In this document: positions 1 to 9,417 of the stretch, piece after piece
Position numbering within the stretch: the stretch's first letter is position 1
Layout of the letters: each line of letters begins with the position of its first letter
From: a bacterium
Lineage (GTDB): Bacteria > Calescibacteriota > Calescibacteriia > Calescibacteriales > Calescibacteriaceae
Direction of reading: 5' to 3'
Assembly: GCA_030550715.1 (NCBI GenBank)
Contig: JAUQOU010000001.1
Coordinates: forward strand, 54,456 to 118,455
Length of the DNA stretch: 64,000 nt
Program-made: the position numbers and the translations under genes
Notes under the pieces: generated by a model
What the model saw: only the letters and a program-made list of their open reading frames with translations
Databases searched by the model: none
Told to the model about the DNA's origin: nothing

Positions 1-1
1 T

Positions 2-313
2 CTTTCCGTTCTCCTCACATTATATCTCTTTTTCTTCATTTGGGCTTTGGTGTCACCTTTTTTGGGTTCTGATACAAAAATCTCTCCCGATGCTTTAAGA
101 TTTTCTGTTGCAATCTTCTTTTCAATTGCTCTGATATTTGTTACTCTTATCTACTCTGGCTATCGTGTCGGTCCCTGTCCATACTGTGATAAAAAACTCT
201 TCTTCCCAAAAGGTAGAGACGGAATAAGGTGTTTCAGGTGTGGTAGATACATAAAGATTGACTGGGAAAACAAACTTCTCATAGATCAGGAGATAGAGAA
301 AAAAATCGAATAA
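2..313 (+). CDS. Partial membrane protein with C-terminal zinc ribbon (C-x2-C...C-x2-C); its start lies upstream of the window
   Basis: The frame is open from base 2. The N-terminal part is hydrophobic and reads LSVLLTLYLFFFIWALVSPFLG. The C-terminus carries CPYC...CFRC. I found no recognisable family. Confidence 0.35.
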   Translation, partial: LSVLLTLYLFFFIWALVSPFLGSDTKISPDALRFSVAIFFSIALIFVTLIYSGYRVGPCPYCDKKLFFPKGRDGIRCFRCGRYIKIDWENKLLIDQEIEKKIE

Positions 314-332
314 CTTTTTTCTTCCCGTGTTT

Positions 333-1397
333 TTACTTTTCTTTTTTACCCGAAAAATAGCTTATAGCTCTATAAGAGAGAACTGATTCAAAAAATACTG
401 TGATTATTGATGTGTAAAGTATCCAAGCCGTAACCTGATGCATTGCTCCAAGAAGAATCGGAACTTCTCCTTTTGATTTCAAAAGAGTGATTATCCCGAG
501 GGCAAACTGAAAAATCCATATAATAAAAGGTAAAAACTTTCTCTCAAATGCGAGGAAAATAAGAGGTATGAGCAATACAATTGAAAAGTGTCTGTGTACG
601 AAATTCACAAAAAACGGATTTTCTAAAATGTATCCTTCAAGCAAATTAGAAGGTATGAGTTTTCCGTTTATATCAGGATATGTTGGCGCAAAAACTGCTC
701 CTTTTGTACCAGCAAGAAGAGTCCCAAAGAAAAACTGAACAAAAAATAAAACAAGTGAGATAAGAGAAAGTTTTTTCAATTTTGAGATTTTCAGAGATAT
801 ATCTTTCGGGTTTTGAAACTCAAAATCTCTGACTGATCCTTCTTTGGCTTTTACAATGTATATACCAAGTATTACAAACGAATACACTATGAGAGCAAAG
901 GTGTTGTGTCCTGCAAGTGCAAGAGGTGATACGAAAATCCTTTCTCCTTCTACTCCTGTTTTTACCATCAACCACCCAATTACTCCTTGGACAAAAAAGA
1001 GAATTGAAAGAAAGAGAACATATTTTATCGTAAAACTGCTTAATTTCTTTTTTACTGCAAAGATTATTGCAGGTATTATGAGCGAAAGTCCGACTATCCT
1101 TCCCCATAATCTATGGATATACTCTATGAGGTATATTTTTTTGAAGTCATCTATGCTCATCCAGTGATGCAAAACTCTATATTGCGCTATTTTTTTGTAC
1201 TTTTCAAATTCTTCTTCCCAATCTTTTTCTGATAAGGGAGGGATTATACCTGTTATTGGTTCCCACTCAACAATTGAAAGTCCGGCTCTTGAAAGCCGTG
1301 TTATTCCGCCGATGACAGCCATTATTATTATCATTACCGAAACCGCTCCAAACCACGCCCTTATTAGCTTTGCTTCTCCACTTTCTGATTTTCTCAT
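333..1397 (-). CDS. ctaA: Heme A synthase (COX15/CtaA family)
   Basis: Multi-pass membrane protein. The N-terminal GGITRLSRAGLSIVEWEP...PPLSEKDWEEEFEKYKKIAQY matches the COX15/CtaA signature GGxxRLTxSGLSxxxW...EW..EF..Y. Conserved His residues sit in transmembrane helices (GHNTFAL, HRHFS). Confidence 0.8.
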   Translation of the reverse strand: MRKSESGEAKLIRAWFGAVSVMIIIMAVIGGITRLSRAGLSIVEWEPITGIIPPLSEKDWEEEFEKYKKIAQYRVLHHWMSIDDFKKIYLIEYIHRLWGRIVGLSLIIPAIIFAVKKKLSSFTIKYVLFLSILFFVQGVIGWLMVKTGVEGERIFVSPLALAGHNTFALIVYSFVILGIYIVKAKEGSVRDFEFQNPKDISLKISKLKKLSLISLVLFFVQFFFGTLLAGTKGAVFAPTYPDINGKLIPSNLLEGYILENPFFVNFVHRHFSIVLLIPLIFLAFERKFLPFIIWIFQFALGIITLLKSKGEVPILLGAMHQVTAWILYTSIITVFFESVLSYRAISYFSGKKEK

Positions 1398-1496
1398 ATT
1401 CCCTTCAAATTTTATCCTCGTTTTTTAAAAAAACTGGATTAAAAAAAGATTTGCCAGAGGGAAATTAACTTTATATTAATAACAAAACGATTTTAT

Positions 1497-4103
1497 ATGA
1501 GTATGAGAGTAAAAGATATACGAGAGCTTTTCCTTGATTTTTTTAAGAAGAGAGGGCACAGAATTTTGCCATCTTCTTCACTTATACCGCAAGCTGACCC
1601 AACTCTGCTATTTACAAACGCCGGAATGGTTCAGTTCAAAAAATACTTTCTCGGTGAAGAAGAACCGGAATATATAAACGTTGCTACTGTTCAAAGGTGT
1701 CTCAGAGCCGGGGGAAAACATAATGACCTTGAAAATGTTGGTAGAACAGCAAGACATATGACGTTTTTTGAAATGCTCGGAAATTTCTCCTTCGGTGGAT
1801 ACTTCAAAAAAGAAGCAATATCTATGGCATGGGAGTTTGTAACTGAGTACCTCAAAATACCAAAAGAAAAAATATATGCGACAGTTTATGAAGAAGATGA
1901 GGAAGCAGAAAAAATATGGAGAAACGAAACAGATGTTAAAGATGTTTTCAAGCTTGGTAAAAAAGATAACTTCTGGACCATGGGAGATGAAGGTCCCGCC
2001 GGACCATGCTCAGAAATAATTGTAGATAGAGGGGAAGATTATTCAAAAGACCACAACTGCTCAGGTGTAGTGTGCGGATGCGATAGGTATCTTGAAATCT
2101 GGAACCTCGTTTTTATGCAGTATAACCTTTTGAAAGACGGTTCTCTCCAACCCTTGAAGAGAAAAAACATAGATACAGGAATGGGACTTGAAAGGGTCGC
2201 AAGCGTTGTTCAAAATGTTCCCTCTGTCTTTGATACAGATGTCTTTCAACCTTTGAGAAAGGTTCTTGAATCTGAAATCCCCAGCATTTCAAAAGATATT
2301 GTTGCTGTGAGAGTTATTCTTGATTCATCTCGTGCATCTGCTTTTTCTATTGCAGATGGTATAATGCCATCGAACGAATCGCGTGGATATGTTATAAGAA
2401 GGATAATAAGGAGAGCTTTGAGATTTGCCCTGAACTACACAGATGAGCCGTTTCTGTATAAGATAGCTGTTGAAGTCGCAACATCAATGAGCGATTTCTG
2501 GACCCATCTGAAAGATAAAACAGAAACAATAGAAAAAGCGGTCAGAGCAGAGGAGGAAAGGTTCTTTGAAACAATCTCCCGCGTACTTCCGTTATTCATC
2601 AAAGAAGTGTCTGACCTGAAATCCGCGGGAGAAAAAGAGATACCAGCAGAAATGGTCTTTACCTTCTGGGATACCCATGGACTTCCCATAGACCTTATGA
2701 AAGAGATAGCGCAAGAAAATTCCCTTTTTATAGACGAGCAAAAACTTGAAAAGATAATAGAGCAGAAAAAAACACATTCAAGAAAAAAGAAAGAAGAAGA
2801 GGAAAACATAAAGAGAAAGCTATTTTATTTTGTAAGCCGGGATTTTACATCTGAGTTTGTGGGATATAACACACTGCAATCAGAATCTCATGTTGTTTAT
2901 ATTTTTGACGATAAATTTGAGAGGGTATCCTATGCGAAGCAGGGCGATGAATATTTCATCGTTACCGATGAGACACCTTTTTATCCAGAAGGTGGAGGGC
3001 AGGTTGGAGATAAAGGCGAGATATTAGGTAGAAACGGGTTCGCTCGTGTTTCCGATACAAAAAAGTTAGGAAACATAATACTTCACAGAATTAAGGTTGA
3101 AAAAGGAGAAATATCTGTGGGAGATAAAGTTCTGCTCCGAGTTGATGAACCGAAAAGAGAGCAGAACGCAAGACATCATACGACAACACACCTTCTTCAC
3201 TCAGCTTTGAGAAAAATACTCGGAACTCATGTGAGACAGATGGGTTCTCTTGTTGAACCAAAACGGCTGAGGTTTGATTTTTCCCATCACTCCGCGCTTT
3301 CACCACACCAGCTTGAAGATATAGAACACATGATAAATGAGTGGATAATGATGAATATGCCGGTTGAGCACGAAAACATGAAACTTGAAGAAGCGTTGAA
3401 AAAAGGAGCGCTCGCCTTCTTCGGAGATAAATACGGAAAAATCGTCAGGGTTGTTAAGATAGGTGAGGTCTCGCTTGAACTCTGCGGAGGAACACACCTT
3501 AGAAAAACAGGAGAAGCAGGAATACTCAAAATAATAAAAGAAACATCCGTCGCTTCTGGTATAAGGAGAGTTGAAGCAGTTGCCGGATGGGAACTCCTCA
3601 ACTATATAAGAGAAAAAGAAAAGTTTGTTGAGGAAATAGCAAATGTTCTCAAAGTTTCCCCACAAGATATTATGCCACGTCTTATTTCTATAATTGATGA
3701 AAAGAAAAAACTTGAGTCAGAAGTTGAATCTTTGAGAAAAAAACTCATCTTTAAAATTTCGGAGCCCGTTATAAAAGAACTAAACGGTTTGAAACTCATT
3801 TTTGATTTCCTCGAAGGTGTTGGAAGAAAGGAGCTCGGAGATATGGTAGATAATCTGAGGGAAAAATTTACAGATTCAGTCGTTGTACTTTTAAGCTATA
3901 AAGATGATAAAATTTCAATAGTTTGTGGCGTTTCTGATGCCGGGAAGTTAGATGCTTCTGAAATAGTAAAAGAACTTGCGAGGTTTCTTGGAGGAAGCGG
4001 AGGAGGAAGAAAGGACTTCGCAGAAGGAGCAGGAAAAATTAAAAAATCAAAAGAGGAGATTTTAGCTTATATTCAGAAGATAATTTCCGAAATGTCAAGA
4101 TGA
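1497..4103 (+). CDS. alaS: Alanine--tRNA ligase
   Basis: 868 aa. The N-terminus FFKKRGH...PTLLFTNAGMVQFK is class-II AlaRS-specific, and the HTTTHLLH editing-domain motif is present. It carries a C-terminal DHHA1-like tail with GGSGGGR. Confidence 0.95.
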   Translation: MSMRVKDIRELFLDFFKKRGHRILPSSSLIPQADPTLLFTNAGMVQFKKYFLGEEEPEYINVATVQRCLRAGGKHNDLENVGRTARHMTFFEMLGNFSFGGYFKKEAISMAWEFVTEYLKIPKEKIYATVYEEDEEAEKIWRNETDVKDVFKLGKKDNFWTMGDEGPAGPCSEIIVDRGEDYSKDHNCSGVVCGCDRYLEIWNLVFMQYNLLKDGSLQPLKRKNIDTGMGLERVASVVQNVPSVFDTDVFQPLRKVLESEIPSISKDIVAVRVILDSSRASAFSIADGIMPSNESRGYVIRRIIRRALRFALNYTDEPFLYKIAVEVATSMSDFWTHLKDKTETIEKAVRAEEERFFETISRVLPLFIKEVSDLKSAGEKEIPAEMVFTFWDTHGLPIDLMKEIAQENSLFIDEQKLEKIIEQKKTHSRKKKEEEENIKRKLFYFVSRDFTSEFVGYNTLQSESHVVYIFDDKFERVSYAKQGDEYFIVTDETPFYPEGGGQVGDKGEILGRNGFARVSDTKKLGNIILHRIKVEKGEISVGDKVLLRVDEPKREQNARHHTTTHLLHSALRKILGTHVRQMGSLVEPKRLRFDFSHHSALSPHQLEDIEHMINEWIMMNMPVEHENMKLEEALKKGALAFFGDKYGKIVRVVKIGEVSLELCGGTHLRKTGEAGILKIIKETSVASGIRRVEAVAGWELLNYIREKEKFVEEIANVLKVSPQDIMPRLISIIDEKKKLESEVESLRKKLIFKISEPVIKELNGLKLIFDFLEGVGRKELGDMVDNLREKFTDSVVVLLSYKDDKISIVCGVSDAGKLDASEIVKELARFLGGSGGGRKDFAEGAGKIKKSKEEILAYIQKIISEMSR

Positions 4104-4111
4104 CGAATAAT

Positions 4112-6058
4112 TTATAAACTTCTTGATAACATCTGATAGTTGAAATCACGTATTTTTAACCTTATCTCGGCTGCTTCAAGAATATCTTTGAGCATATCTA
4201 CATAGGTTTTTCCTGATACATAGTACATTTTAGCAAGGTGTCCATCCCAGCACCAGCCGGGGTTGGGATTCACTTCAAGAAGGTATGGGTTTCCCTCCTC
4301 GTCAAGGCGCCAGTCAAATCTTGCGTAATCTCTGCACTCTAATCTCTCAAAAAGCTTTATACAGCACTCCACTATGAATTTTTCAACTTCCTCAGGAATT
4401 TCGGCTTTTACCGATTTTATGTTCCAGTATGGGGAATCTGGTAGCCATTTTGCTTCGTACCCGCATATTCTCGGAAGCTCTGGCGGGAGACAAGAATAAT
4501 CTTCTTCAATTATAGGCAAGACCTTGTAGTTTTCGGGTGGGTTCCCAACTATACCAACCGATAAATCTTTTCCTGTGAGGAACTTTTCAACCAGAATGGG
4601 TTTGTCGTATCCGAACTTCTCTCTTATTTCGCTTATGGCATTTACGAGGTCCTCAGCGTTGAACACAACGCTTTTTTGCGTTATCCCAAAGCTTGAATCG
4701 CCGAAATTTGGTTTGACTATTGCCGGGAAAGAGAAGGGAAGTTCAAAAGTTGTATCTTCTGGTTTTATGAAAACCGCTGGGGGAACAGGGATTCCCATCT
4801 CTTTTGCTACTCCACGAACGAGGGACTTATCGTAGCAGTATGCAAGGCATTGTGGTCCAGCTCCAGTATAAGGTATTCCTAAAATCTCGAGCAGAGCGGG
4901 AATGTGAAGCTCTTTTCTCGGGTCGTTGAAAAATCCCTCATCGCATAAGTTAAACACATAATCTATTTTCCCTTTAAGCTTTTCAAGGTCTTCTATCAGT
5001 GTATTGTGATTTGTCAGATATATGAAGTTATAACCTTTTATCTCTTTCAAAGCTGATATGAGTTTATTTATAGTGAAAAAGTCATCTTCATCAAAGTATC
5101 CGTTTGGCTTCAATTTATCTGGCTTTTTAGGGTCCCCCATCACGACCGCAACCTGTCTTGTTGAACTCTTATTTCTGATTCTGATGGTTGCCCAATCTTT
5201 TTTAGCAACTGCTGATACTATTATTCTCCTTTCCATCATTCCTAAATCCTGATTCCTTTTTGATAGTGGAGATATTTCTTCGCAGAACCTTATGTTATCA
5301 AACCCAGCTTTTTCTAAAATATCGTAAAGCTCTTTTCTTCCGTATAATCTCTCTGCGTAAAATTGGTCTGCTATAACTCCTTTTTCGGTATGTGTTACTA
5401 CTTCTCTTGTGATAAGCCGTGTTCCGTCTTTTGAAAGAGACCTCTCTCTACATACAAAGTATTTTTTGTCTATCCATTCCCACGAGCGTTTCTGAAAGTT
5501 ATTCTTTATGTATTCTCCATCTGCGACATCTATCAGAACTTTTCCCCATGGTTTCAGAACTCGCAGAACCTCTTTGAGAACTCTTATATCGTCTTCAATT
5601 GTATCAAAGTATCCGAAACTGTTTCCGAGAATTAAGACAACATCAAATTCATCTGGGGGGTAGGGTAATTTTCTCGCATCTCCTTCTCTGAATTTCACAT
5701 TTAGACCTTCTTTTTTAGCTTGTGCTTTTGCTCTCTGTATGAGGTAGTGTGAGCGGTCAAGCCCCTCTACAAACTGAAACCCTCTCCTCGCTAACTCAAG
5801 TGAGTGCCTCCCATGCCCACAGCATAAATCAAGAATCTTCTCATCATTCCGAAGTTTCAGAATATCAATAAAAAGGTCTATCTCCATTTTTGTTATTTCC
5901 TGATCATCTACGACATCTCCGTCTGTTTTGAGATATATTGAGTTGAATATCTTGCGCCACCAGTCGGGTGGAACATATTCCTCAAGGTTTGAAACAGGAC
6001 CGAGACAACTTATCCTTACCTTACTTAAAGTTTTTCTTTCGGTATGTGTTTTTGCCAT
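4112..6058 (-). CDS. Fusion protein: N-terminal class-I SAM-dependent methyltransferase plus C-terminal ATP-grasp (D-Ala-D-Ala ligase-like) domain
   Basis: Single 648-aa ORF with no internal stop. MTase motif I is LDLCCGHGRHS and the post-I acidic residue is in VEGLDRS. The C-terminal half has Ddl-family motifs IVKPNFGDSSFGI, EKFLTGKDLSVG and CRDYARFDWRLDEEGNPYLLEVNPNPG. Confidence 0.7.
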   Translation of the reverse strand: MAKTHTERKTLSKVRISCLGPVSNLEEYVPPDWWRKIFNSIYLKTDGDVVDDQEITKMEIDLFIDILKLRNDEKILDLCCGHGRHSLELARRGFQFVEGLDRSHYLIQRAKAQAKKEGLNVKFREGDARKLPYPPDEFDVVLILGNSFGYFDTIEDDIRVLKEVLRVLKPWGKVLIDVADGEYIKNNFQKRSWEWIDKKYFVCRERSLSKDGTRLITREVVTHTEKGVIADQFYAERLYGRKELYDILEKAGFDNIRFCEEISPLSKRNQDLGMMERRIIVSAVAKKDWATIRIRNKSSTRQVAVVMGDPKKPDKLKPNGYFDEDDFFTINKLISALKEIKGYNFIYLTNHNTLIEDLEKLKGKIDYVFNLCDEGFFNDPRKELHIPALLEILGIPYTGAGPQCLAYCYDKSLVRGVAKEMGIPVPPAVFIKPEDTTFELPFSFPAIVKPNFGDSSFGITQKSVVFNAEDLVNAISEIREKFGYDKPILVEKFLTGKDLSVGIVGNPPENYKVLPIIEEDYSCLPPELPRICGYEAKWLPDSPYWNIKSVKAEIPEEVEKFIVECCIKLFERLECRDYARFDWRLDEEGNPYLLEVNPNPGWCWDGHLAKMYYVSGKTYVDMLKDILEAAEIRLKIRDFNYQMLSRSL

Positions 6059-6364
6059 TTTCCCCTCCTCCCTTTTCCTTTATAAATCAAAATTTCCATG
6101 ATTTCAAGCGAGCTGAGGAAAAAAACCCCTGTTTCACTATTTTGAGATTTTTCGGGATACGAAAAGAAAAACTCAACCCGAAAAAATTGCTCCATTACTT
6201 ACCCTCTTTTTCAAAAACTATAAAAAACTTTTTAATAAAAAGTTAAAAATTCCATTATTTTTTTTCAATTCTTATTTTTCCCAATTTATTTTTTTCGGAA
6301 TATTTTTCAATTAATTTTCCTTATTCCTCTACTTTTTCGGAATGTATAAATTTTTTAGTTTATA

Positions 6365-7399
6365 ATGAAGATTGTCGTTGTACAGACAGCTTTTTTGGGA
6401 GACCTTGTTTTAACTACACCTGTTTTCAGATTTCTTTCTGAAAGTTATGGCAGAGACAAAGTTTTTGTCGTTGCGCGACCTTTTGCACAGGATTTACTCC
6501 TCAACAAAGTTATTCCGTTTGACAAAGATAAAAATAAAATTTTGAACTTTTTTGGGGTTATAAAAGCTCTTGGAGATATAAAACCACAAATCGCTCTCGT
6601 TCCTCATCTTTCATCTACATCTGCCCTTATACCTTTTTTAGCCCGCATCCCACAGAGAATCGGATTTGAAGAAAATCCTCTGAACATGCTCTTTGACAAA
6701 AAGGTAAGAAAATATGCCAAAAACTTTGAACATGAAGCCGAAAGAATTTTCAAAATCCTTGACCCAATAAGAAAAAATTCAAAAGATAAAATTCATACAA
6801 AGCTTCTCCCAGAAATACATATAGAACAATCCTACATTGATAAATGGAAAAAGTTTTTCTCACATATAGGAGTAGAACTTGAAAATCAAAATAGCAAGAA
6901 CAAAAAAAAGAAAAAATTAGTAGCTTTTGCTCCGTTTTCTAATTGGGGAACTAAATCTTGGTTCTGGTGGAGAGAGTTTCTCGCTTGTGCAGATGAATTT
7001 AAAGATTTCATATTTGTTCTTATCGGCAAAGACAAGGTAGATGGTGATTTTCCTCAAAATGTTGTAAATCTTTCTGGAAAAACAACTCTTCGCGATGTTG
7101 TTGCAATACTAAAAATCTCAGATATCTTTTTCGGTGTAGATAACGGACTTTCTCACATTGCATCAGCTCTCGGAAAAGCTTGCTTTGTTGTTTTCGGACC
7201 GACTATTCCAGAGTTCGGCTTTTTTCCGTTTTTTTCCGATTTTCAAGTCGTTGAGATCTCTGACCTCGCATGCAAACCTTGCTCTCCGCACGGTCCAAAT
7301 TCCTGCCCGATGAAGCATTTCAGATGCATGAAAGAACTCACTCCCAAAATAGTTGCAGAACTCTTTTTTGACTTTGTCAAAAGATTTGAAAAAAGTTAA
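6365..7399 (+). CDS. Glycosyltransferase family 9 (ADP-heptose:LPS heptosyltransferase-like)
   Basis: The N-terminal FLGDLVLTTPVFRFL is typical of GT9 (RfaF/WaaC). The C-terminal VDNGLSHIASALGKACFVVFGPT matches the GT9 nucleotide-sugar-binding region. Confidence 0.7.
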   Translation: MKIVVVQTAFLGDLVLTTPVFRFLSESYGRDKVFVVARPFAQDLLLNKVIPFDKDKNKILNFFGVIKALGDIKPQIALVPHLSSTSALIPFLARIPQRIGFEENPLNMLFDKKVRKYAKNFEHEAERIFKILDPIRKNSKDKIHTKLLPEIHIEQSYIDKWKKFFSHIGVELENQNSKNKKKKKLVAFAPFSNWGTKSWFWWREFLACADEFKDFIFVLIGKDKVDGDFPQNVVNLSGKTTLRDVVAILKISDIFFGVDNGLSHIASALGKACFVVFGPTIPEFGFFPFFSDFQVVEISDLACKPCSPHGPNSCPMKHFRCMKELTPKIVAELFFDFVKRFEKS

Positions 7400-7429
7400 A
7401 CTTTCTTTTTCGTTTTAAGAGTTTTTGGT

Positions 7430-8392
7430 ATGGAGGTCTTTATAACAGGAGTTTCTGGATATATCGGCAAAAGCATTCTCAAAGTCCTCAAAGACGAGAA
7501 TAAGAAAGTGAGCGTCAGAGCGATTGACATAAAAGAACCACCTGATGAGTTCAGAGATTTTCTCTCCTTCCAGAATTTAGATGTTCGTTCTACTGATGTT
7601 GAAAGTTTTATGAAAGGAGTAGATGCGGTCATTCACCTTGCTTTCGTTCTCAACCCCCCACGCGATAGAGAATCCGCTCGTTCAATAAATATAGATGGTA
7701 CAAGAAATATCCTGCTTTCCGCAAAGAAGAACAAAGTCAAAAAAGTTATCGTCTTAACATCTGCTACCGTTTACGGTGCTCATCCCGATAACCCCCTCTT
7801 TATGAAAGAAGACCAACCAATAAGAGGAGACCTAAATGTTGGCTTCTGGTATTCAGAAGATAAGGCAGTTCAAGATAGATTGGTTCAAGCTTTTGCCAGA
7901 GAAAACGAAGATATTTCCGTCTGCATAGTAAGACCTGTGATAGTTTTCGGAGAAAATGTAGAAAATTATATAGCTCAGGGGTTTTTCAACCCGCCAATCG
8001 TCAGCATACTCACAAAAAATATCCCGTTCCAGTTCATTCATGAGTTAGATGTTGCGAAAGCAATCGTTATGATGCTTGAAGATAATGCCTCAGGTCCTTT
8101 CAATCTCGCAGGAGATGGAGTCGTAACTTTGAAAAGAGCAGCAGAGATTATGGGAAAACCATGCATGAAAATTCCCAGCATTCTTCAAGCGCCTCTTGTG
8201 AACCTTATGAAAAAGTTCGGTATATTAGACCCAAATACTCCAATTGCTATTTTAGACTTTTTCAGGTATCCGTGGACGCTTGATACAACAAGAGCAAGAG
8301 AAGTCCTCGGGTTCAGACCAAAATACTCATCAGAAGAAACATTCTCAATCGCCTGGAAAGCTTACAGAGCAAAGAAGAAAACAAAAAAATAA
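7430..8392 (+). CDS. NAD-dependent epimerase/dehydratase (extended SDR)
   Basis: Rossmann motif ITGVSGYIGKSIL near the N-terminus. Length (320 aa) and overall pattern fit sugar-nucleotide epimerases. Confidence 0.7.
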   Translation: MEVFITGVSGYIGKSILKVLKDENKKVSVRAIDIKEPPDEFRDFLSFQNLDVRSTDVESFMKGVDAVIHLAFVLNPPRDRESARSINIDGTRNILLSAKKNKVKKVIVLTSATVYGAHPDNPLFMKEDQPIRGDLNVGFWYSEDKAVQDRLVQAFARENEDISVCIVRPVIVFGENVENYIAQGFFNPPIVSILTKNIPFQFIHELDVAKAIVMMLEDNASGPFNLAGDGVVTLKRAAEIMGKPCMKIPSILQAPLVNLMKKFGILDPNTPIAILDFFRYPWTLDTTRAREVLGFRPKYSSEETFSIAWKAYRAKKKTKK

Positions 8393-8475
8393 ACTGACTG
8401 AAATTTTTACCTTTATAGGAGCTTTGCTGTTTGTTAATTCTCCGGCTTTTTATTTTGTGCCTTGACCAAAATCAA

Positions 8476-9345
8476 CCCACTATGGATAGAATAAGAATAA
8501 AAGACCTCCTTTTAAGATGTATTGTGGGGATAAACGATTGGGAAAGGAGAGAAAAGCAAGATATACTGATAAATGTTGAGCTTTTTCTTGATTTGAAAAA
8601 ATCCTCATCAAAAGATGATATTTCGCTTACACTTGATTATAAAAAACTGAAAAAAGATATAGTGGAATATGTTGAAAAATCATCTCCGTATCTTATAGAA
8701 AAAATCGCAGGAGATATTGCTCTTATATGTATAAATTATGAGCAAGTGAAAAAAGTTATAGTTGAAGTTGATAAACCATATGCTTTGAGGTTTGCAAGAA
8801 GCGTCTCTGTTGTTCTGGAAAGAGAGAAATCAGAAGTTTATATCGGACTTGGTTCAAACATAGAACCTGAAAAAAATTTAGAAAAAGCTATGGAACTGCT
8901 TTCTTCTTTCAAAGAGATAAAAATCAAAAAGGTCTCTTCTTTTTACATCACCCCTTCTATAAACGAGCGAGGTGAGAAAAGGCAAGATCTCCCTTGTTTT
9001 CTAAACGGAGCAGTAAAAGTTCAAACATACTTTACTTTTGAAGAGATGTCAGAGGTTTTAAAAGATATTGAAGTTAAGCTCGGAAGGATAAGAAGTGACA
9101 AAAACTTTGACCCAAGACCAATAGATATAGATATACTTATCTGGAAGAACTCAGAAGGTGATGTGAAATTTTTGCATAAGGATTTGCTTGAAAGGAATTT
9201 TGTCTCATCGTGTATATTTGAATTAGAGCCAAACCTTCTTTTGGGAGAAAAACACATTCTGGAAATCGTGGAAAATCCAAAAATTAAAGTTGAGATGAAA
9301 AAAGCCGAAAAACTTTCCGCTCTCAAGAGATTTGAAAGCGAATAA
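8476..9345 (+). CDS. folK: Bifunctional dihydroneopterin aldolase (FolB) / 6-hydroxymethyl-7,8-dihydropterin pyrophosphokinase (FolK)
   Basis: The N-terminal half reads IRIKDLLLRCIVGINDWERREKQDILINVEL, which matches FolB. The C-terminal half reads VYIGLGSNIEPEKNLEKA...RPIDIDIL, which matches HPPK. I moved the start to the ATG at 8476 (MDRIRIK) from the ORF-track start at 8431. Confidence 0.8.
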   Translation, partial: PTMDRIRIKDLLLRCIVGINDWERREKQDILINVELFLDLKKSSSKDDISLTLDYKKLKKDIVEYVEKSSPYLIEKIAGDIALICINYEQVKKVIVEVDKPYALRFARSVSVVLEREKSEVYIGLGSNIEPEKNLEKAMELLSSFKEIKIKKVSSFYITPSINERGEKRQDLPCFLNGAVKVQTYFTFEEMSEVLKDIEVKLGRIRSDKNFDPRPIDIDILIWKNSEGDVKFLHKDLLERNFVSSCIFELEPNLLLGEKHILEIVENPKIKVEMKKAEKLSALKRFESE

Positions 9346-9417
9346 TATGAAACTTCTTTTATTTCTTTTTCGGAACTAAATTTTACACGCATACCAAATA
9401 GTAAAATTATTTTTAAT

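Noticed and set aside
820-1428. Three ORFs (95, 107 and 77 aa) nested inside or antisense to the heme A synthase gene
   Set aside because: They are fully embedded in a well-supported CDS, have low-complexity composition and no RBS. They are typical shadow ORFs of an AT-rich genome.
5968-6246. 92-aa ORF inside the divergent intergenic region
   Set aside because: It is Phe/Pro-rich low complexity, starts inside the upstream gene's 5' end and has no RBS. It is more likely promoter DNA.
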